Positions 56,868 to 64,000 of a DNA stretch of 64,000 nucleotides are shown here, piece after piece. How positions within the stretch are numbered: the stretch's first letter is position 1; each line of letters starts with the position of its first letter. Origin of the DNA: Prorocentrum cordatum (Eukaryota); NCBI GenBank assembly GCA_963575745.1, contig CAUYUJ010000255.1, positions 1 through 64,000 on the forward strand. The letters are read 5' to 3'. A model generated the notes under the pieces. That model saw only the letters and a list, made by a program, of their open reading frames with translations, was not told where the DNA came from and did no database searches. The position numbers and the translations under genes were made by a program.

Positions 56868-59800
56868 GCCACCGCGCGTTGCGCGACGCGCTAGCAGTGG
56901 CCAGTCTCTGCGAGACGCCACCAAGTTCACGTAGGGAGGCCCCCCCCCCAGAATCGCGGAGCGACCCCCGCCGATGCGAACAAAGGAGCCTCCCTCCTTT
57001 GAAGGGGGTCTCGTGGGGTAGAGGGCGAAGAAGGAAGTTTCCCGCCAGGCGCATGCGAGGCAGGTGTTCGGGGGGCACTGGGACACGGGCGGCAAGAGTG
57101 CTGCAAGCATCCCCCTCAATCCTACTGAGGGGGGATGCGAGCGCGCGTTTCCTGGCAAGTCCCCCAACCCTCCTCCTCCTCCTCCTCCTCCTCCTCCTCC
57201 TCCCTCCTCCTCCTCCTCTCCCTCCTCCTCCGCCTCCTCCTCCGCTCTCCTCCGTCCTCCTCCTCCTCTCCTCCACTTCTCCCTCTCCCGCTCCTTCCTC
57301 TCCTCCCCTCCTCCTCCTCTCCCCCCTCCTCCTCCTCCTGTCTCTCCTCCCTGTCCTCTCCTCCTCCTCATCCTCCTCCTCCTCCTCCTCCTCCTCCTCC
57401 TCCGCCTCGTTCTCCTGTTTCTCCTCCTCCTCTTCCTCCTCCTCCGCCTCCTGTTCCTCCTCCGCCTCCTCCTCTTCTTTTTATTCGTAGTATTAGTATT
57501 CGTATACATGCTACTCTCATTACCAGTATTAGTAGTATCATCCTTCTTCTTCTTCTTCATAGTGTTAGTACTACTATCAGTTCCCTTATTGTTTGCTGTA
57601 GTAAGGAAAGTAGCAGTTTCAGGATTGTGTTCAAAATTATCGATATGATGAGCATCCTTATTATTGGTAATATTCTGTTTAGTCCCAGTATTAGTATTAG
57701 TATGAATGGCTGTTGTTGTATTTTTGTTGTCAGTGTTAATCAGATTAGTAGTCGTACCCTTAATATAATTACTACTCTTATTATTATTATTAATATGACC
57801 AGTCCACTTATTATTAGTGGTCCTCTTAATATTATGTTTTTGCTTATGCTTATGCTTCATATTATCCTTCTTAATAGCATTGAGATTATTATTCCTCCTT
57901 CTCCTCCGCCTCCTCCTCCTCCTCCTCCTCCTCCTCCTCCGCTTCCTCCTCCTCCCGCTCCGCCTCCTTCACCTTCTCCTCCTCCTCCTCCTCCTCCTCC
58001 TCCCTCCCCCTCCTTCTCCTCCTCTCCTCCTCCTCTCCTCCTCCTTCCTCCTCCTCCTTATCCTCGCCTCTCCTGCTTCGGGCGCCCCTATGGGCCTCGA
58101 GCAGGGCGTCAAGCTGCTCGCGATCCCCGGCGCAGTTGAGGAGGGCATGCATGTTCAACGACCTTAGCTCCTCCTCCAGGGAGCGTGACAGCATTGGTAC
58201 CCAACGCTCGAGGTTCGAAGGTACAGGATATAGGTTGTTGGGCGTCGACCTGGATCTCCTTCTGAGCCTCCGATGAGGCCTCCAGAGGCCTCCGGGGATG
58301 TCTAGGGCCCTCGAGGGACCTCCCGAGACGTCCTCTTACCTCCATAGATCTAGCCGTGTGGCGAGTGGAAACCACTGCTGCAGACTTTGTTCACAACGTT
58401 CGGCGTCCCGAAACCAATGTTGAGACCCCCGGACTGGAAAAATATAATCTTGGGGCAGGAGTCGACAGATGACGAGAGGTCTGGAGCCAACGGGGCCCCA
58501 TGGTCGCACCGAATCGCCGATGCACCGACGATGCATCGGCGATGTCGGGATGGGGTATGTGACGCGACGTGATGCGATCGCCCTACCCCGTGTCGCGCCT
58601 TACTGCAGACGCGATGTGATGCGACCCCCCTACCCCGTCTAACTGCCCTGGCTCCATGTGGCCATGCGGGAGGCCTGGGCAAGCCTCGACCAGGAGGAAC
58701 CTGCACTTGACCTCCAGGCGTCGTGGGCGGGCACGCGTTTGGCACGTGTCGGGCCCCGAGACCCTCGGGAGTCGATCCGGAGCTTTTTTTCGTGTGTTGC
58801 TCACGGCATCGTCTCTTCTTCCGCGACGTCGGTGGCGGGAGAGTAACATTCGAGGGCCCACGAAGACCCAACAGACCTAGACCTGAACCTTTCGAGGCGG
58901 ACCCAGCCGTGGTGACGAGTGCGCCCCCAGGCCCCGAGGAGGCAGACAAAAACAGCAACGTCCAAACGCTTCGATCCTCGGTCCTCCTTTAGTTCTTACG
59001 GGTTCCAGGGGGGTTCGCAGCAGCAGTCCAGGAAAAACCGCCAGGCACCCACATGCCCAACTTGGGCCCAGTCCCTTGCGGGAATGCACGCAATCCACCT
59101 GGCCAGGATCCGATGTCCGCCGGGACTTGGGCGCAAAGGCCGACTCTGGACCCCCCCGGGGGCCCGCCTGCGTTGCCCCCGGTCTTGGGGGAACTCCCGC
59201 TCCCGCACGCCACACGCACACAACGCCCTGCCCCCGACAAAATCCGGCGAGGAGGCCTCGCGCGGTCTGCGCGAGGCACCAGAACGCCGACAGCGGCGCC
59301 GTGGAATTTATTGCGAGACCATCGACAAGGAGAGGAGGAGGAGGAGGAGGAGGAGGTCGAGGAAGAAGAGGAGGAAGGAGGTGAGGAGGAGAGTAGGAGG
59401 AGGAGGAGGAGGGCGCCGCGCACCATCGCAGTGCGCGCACCGCAGGAGCAGCACAGCAAGCAGGCAGCTCTCGCGCAGGAAAGGAGCCGTGCCGCACCTT
59501 AAACCCCAGCCCGACGCTACCCGCTCCTTCGGGGGCGGCCAAGTCGCAGGAAGGTGGGGCGTCCACGAGGGGGGGGGCGCAAATCATGACCCGCGGCACG
59601 TGCGCGGCCCAGGGTGGGGGCCAGGGACGTCATGAAATAAGGAGCTGCGCCATGAAGTCCGGGGAGGTATCATGGCCCCCGCCATGATATCCCACCCCCC
59701 CCTAGTCATCCCCCCCCTCTTTGCCGCCCCCGACTCCTGCATGCCACACACCCCGCGCGAGATCGACCTTGCCGGAAGCGGCGGGGGGGGGGCCACCCGA

Positions 59801-59871
59801 CCCCGGGAAAGAACCAGAGCTCGAGGAGGGAGCGAGGATGACGCCCCACAGGTAGAGGGAAAAGAACCATT

Positions 59872-60000
59872 CACATACACCGATTCTGGCCAGGCCCATC
59901 CTGAGCCCAGGATCGGTGCATACGCCCTCCGACCTTGGCCAGGAAGGCATATGCACCGATCCTGGGTCAAGGATGGGCCTTGCCAGGATCGGTGCATGTG
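59872..60000. repeat. ~59-bp-arm imperfect foldback
   Basis: cacatacaccgattctggccaggcccatcc..ggatcggtgcata pairs with tatgcaccgatcc..ggatgggccttgccaggatcggtgcatgtg. Confidence 0.8.
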
Positions 60001-61125
60001 CATAGTCCTCTTCGCCCGAACAGGTTCTCTGTCCGAGAGGCAAGACCAGCACAACGGGGCGCCCCCCGAATCCACTCCCCGCAACCGGTCGCCACCCGGG
60101 TCGGGCAGCTCCAAGGGAGGGGAGAGGAGAACCTCGCAGAGTCCACAAGGATGACTTAGCCCCTCAGTCCTCAGCTCATGTCCGCCGGTCCCCTTGTGGG
60201 GCCACCAGGCTGCAGGCCGAGGTTGCTGCTCCCTGCGCCAGTTGCAGCTTCAGGTCTCCAATGATACAGTCCTGCTTTCTGCTTCCTATTGTAAACTGTG
60301 GACGTCCGCGCGAGGGGGGGGGAGCCCAAAAAGAGCAATTTACCACACCCGGATCGCGTTGCCTGAATTCTCGGGCGGGGAGGGGACACGTAAAATACAT
60401 GATAATCGCACCCACGAGGCCATACTCCTTCGTGAATGACGCAATGCTCGCGTCCCCGAGGCCGCAAACCTTCGTAAAACGCACAAGAATTGTTGCGTTC
60501 CCGAGACAAGACACCCTAGTAAATCAAACCATATTCACGTCCCCGAGGCCAGAAACCCTTGCAAGCTATTCCATATTCGCATTGCTGTGGCCAAGTGTGC
60601 TCCGAGGCGCCCGAAGATGGTTCCAAGACTGCCCAAGAGGGCTCCAAGAGGCTTCCTGAGAGAGCCCGAAGAGGTCAAGAGGTCAAAATGGTCGAGCTGA
60701 CGTACGTCTTTCAAGGATTTTAGCCTCTCGCACCGTCGGCCCTCCGACGCTCCAAGACGGCTCGAGAAGCTCCCAAGACCGCCCCAAGCCAGTCTAAGAG
60801 GCCTCCAAGAGGGCCCCAAGACAGCCCAAGAGGGCTCCAAGATGGCCCAAGAAGCGCTCAAGACGGCCCAAGAGGGCCCCAAGACGGCCCCAAGAAGGGC
60901 CCGAGCAGGGGACCACAAACCGAACATTCTATATTGGTGCCCCGAGAAGCCCACAGGAGGACCCTAATGAGCCGCCAAGACGCCCCAAGAGGCCCCAAGA
61001 GGCGCCCAGGACGCGCCCGAGAGGCATCCAAGAGGCCAAACATAGACCCCACGAGGCCCCAAGAGGCCGCCAAGAGGCGCCCAAACCGCCTCCAAGAGGC
61101 CCCCGAGAGGCTCCCCACACCCCAA

Positions 61126-61127
<2 letters not shown>

Positions 61128-61187
<60 letters not shown>

Positions 61188-61198
61188 GATATATGTAG

Positions 61199-61232
<34 letters not shown>
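61128..61232. repeat. (AT)n microsatellite
   Basis: Direct inspection. Confidence 0.95.
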
Positions 61233-63175
61233 GAGGCCTCAGACCCACAACCCAGGCACAGTGGCAAGATGGGCCAAAGGCAACAAGGAAAACGTCAACG
61301 TCTCAATATGCGCTGATGACTCCTATCCGCCCCCGCATGGTGTTCCCAGATGCGCCAAGGCAGCGCCGAGACGCACCGAGGCGACTCTGGTATATCCGAT
61401 TCTGACAGAGAGGGGGCCGGCGGCAGGGGGCGAAGCCCTGACGGGTAAATATCCGAACATCTCACACGTTCACCGTCGCAGCCTGTGCCATCCCTAAGCA
61501 CGCACTGGTGGGCTGCAGAAGATATTCAACACATGATGAAAGATGTTTGCCAGCGCGGGCCTCAAACAATGAGACGTTGCACTGTGGATGTGTGAGCTAT
61601 ACAGTGTGATCTATGACGAGTGATCTATACGGTGTGAGCTGTGATATGTCAGCTGTGTGGCGCAATATATGTCGTGCAATGTATGTGGTGTGAACTACGC
61701 AGTGTAAGCTATTTGGAGCAAATATGTGACATGATCTGTGTGGCGTAAGTTCTGTGTTGCGATCTATGCGGTGTGAGCTATGTGGTGTAGGCTACCTGTT
61801 GCAGACTAAGTGGTGCCATCGATGCAGTAACCCCACCAGCCCTCTACGACGTGAGTGGTTTAGAGCGCTTCCTCTTCCAACCCCGTTCTTCATTCTTTCA
61901 ATTCGGGTAGAAGCTTTTCACTGTTCCCTATTAATACACACATGCACTCTCCCCCAGGCGACCAGCATCCAACCAGGACCAATGAGGGCAACCCCACACC
62001 ATCCCTGTCAAAGAACAGTGAACAATCCACTCTGGGGCAAATAACTTGGGTCATGATCGGGGGGGTGCGCGAGCAGTTTGTCTTGATTTTAACAGGGACG
62101 GCGGGGGGTGCCATAATGTTCCCTGCTGCGCGCAGGGCCAGCATCCCTAAACGAAATAGAATGCACTTCGCGACAAGATCTGGATCATGCGCGGGCACCC
62201 CGCGATCACTGCGCAGTGGTTTTGACTGGGACGGCGGGGATGCTGGCATATTGCCTGCTATGTGCAGGCCCACCAGACGCTGTGCTGGCCACCCCGCCGC
62301 GATTGCGCACTGGATTTCGACAGGGGTGGTGGGGGCCGACACATTTCGCGATGTGTACTGCGACGCGCGCAGGCGCACCTGGCACACTCTGCGCGTGCCC
62401 CGGACGCGGAGCACTTTGCGCGGCTGGAACATGTGGCACACATAGCGCACGTGGATCACGTGGCGCAACTGGCGCACCAGGCGTGCCCGGCACGCTTCGG
62501 CCACAGGGTGGCCTGGCGCACCTGGTGCGCGTGGCGCGCCTGGCGCACCTCGCCCCAGCGTTGCGCACATGGGGTCTGTTTTGGTTCCCAGTAGCTGTCC
62601 ATTCAAAGCCTACCTACCGCTGAACGCGCTGCAGCTCGGGTGCTACTTCTGTGTTGGGAGGGCGGGTGACAGTGCGTGACGCGGGTTACGGGCGGGGAGG
62701 GCGTTTTGACCCCTCCCCCTGCCCCCCCCCCCTGGGTCTGGAGGGGACCGGCCGCGGGTTGTTAGAGCGTACAGGATGGCCTCGGCGAGGAAGCCCAACT
62801 CACTCATGTTACTAAGGTTGTTGGCCACCTGTTGGCCTCCAAGGGGGGGGGACTCTAGTTGAGGAGCCCCCATCCTTTGATCGATCTCCTCCAAGGCCCC
62901 CCAGGCTCCCAAGGGCGCCCCAAGACGGCACCGAGAGGTGCTCAGGAGGCCCCAAGAGGCCCCAAAGAGGCCCCCAAGATGCCCCCAATAGGCTCCCAAG
63001 AGACCCCCAAAGGCCCAAAGAGGCTTCCCAGAGGCACCCCAAACACCTCACGATACCCCTGGGACTGCCAAAAGACCCCAAAACACACCAAGAGAACTCC
63101 AAGAAGCTCTCAGAAGAAATCCGAAAAGACTCCAAGAGGCATCCAAGAGGCTTCTGCCCGTTCTCCTTGCCCTCC

Positions 63176-63208
<33 letters not shown>

Positions 63209-63559
63209 TCCTCCTGCATCTCACATGTCCTCCTCCATCCTCCTCCTCTTAGCGTACGACGTTTTACCCAGCTTCATTTTCCACTGCAGGCTCCTCCACA
63301 TCCCTGATCAGGGTAACTCGTCTGGGCATTGTTTCTGGATGGGGCTGGTGGTGTTACGCGAAGCGTTTCTACATGCAGTGTCTGTGGCGGGAGCCACGTG
63401 GTGTAAGCTCAGTGGTGCAATCTGCGTGGTGCGAGCTAACGAGGCGCGAGTCACGCGGCGCAAGCTGCGTGGTGAACCCTGTGGACCTGTGGGCTAAGAG
63501 GCGCAAGCCATGGGAGGCAATCTCCGTGGCGTGAGCCGTGCAGTGCACGCACGGTGCGC

Positions 63560-63945
63560 CCGCGAGGCGGCCACAGGGGCGACCGCGTGGCAGCGCCGCG
63601 CCAGACCCACACACGCAGCGCACGAGGTGGCCACGAGGCGGCAGCGTGGCGGACCTCGCCGGGCCCACACGGCGTGCGAGGCGGTCGCGCGGCGGCCACG
63701 GGCGGCAGCATGGCCCGCCCGGGGCACGAGGCGGCCACGAGGCGGCCAGGAGGCGTCCGCGGGGCGAAGACCTCGCCAGACCCACCCAGCGCAGGAGGCG
63801 GGCACGAGGACCGGCAGCGCGGCAAAACCTGGCCAGGCCCAAGCAGCGCACGAGGCGGCCACGAGGCGGCCACGGGCGGAAGCGTGGCGAAGTCTCGCCA
63901 GGCCCACACAGCGCACGAGGCGGCCACGAGGCGGCCACGGCGGGA
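63560..63945. repeat. GC-rich minisatellite (cacgaggcggc units within a longer degenerate period)
   Basis: Repeated gcgcacgaggcggccacgaggcggc and tcgccagacccac. Confidence 0.75.
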
Positions 63946-64000
63946 CCACGGAACACTCTCGCCTGGCCCAACCGATTCCTCAGTGAGACAATCAAGATCC

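Overview
Eukaryotic, GC-rich, repeat-dense genomic DNA, almost certainly from a dinoflagellate: a perfect 22-nt dinoflagellate spliced-leader (DinoSL) lies at 9618-9639. Most ORF-track entries are shadows of (CCT/GGA)n microsatellites and other satellites. The main supportable content is as follows. (1) An intact, apparently very young 6.9-kb tyrosine-recombinase (DIRS-order, PAT/Ngaro-type split-direct-repeat) retrotransposon on the minus strand, 22734-29644. It has a small upstream ORF, gag, and an RT-RNaseH ORF that continues in frame to a C5 cytosine methyltransferase, with the recombinase ORF nested inside it in another frame. It is integrated through a 6-bp AGGAGG core into a (GGA)n microsatellite. 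(2) Two SL-tagged retrogenes: an intronless WWE-domain gene (+), and an RCC1-repeat gene (-) that carries a TIR/TSD-bounded insertion forming a precise GC-AG intron (introner-like). (3) A decayed LINE (~11-21 kb) whose RNase H lies upstream of the AP endonuclease. (4) Several MITE/foldback families, satellites, tandem duplications and a 100-N assembly gap. All calls are from reading the sequence by eye; no database searches were run.
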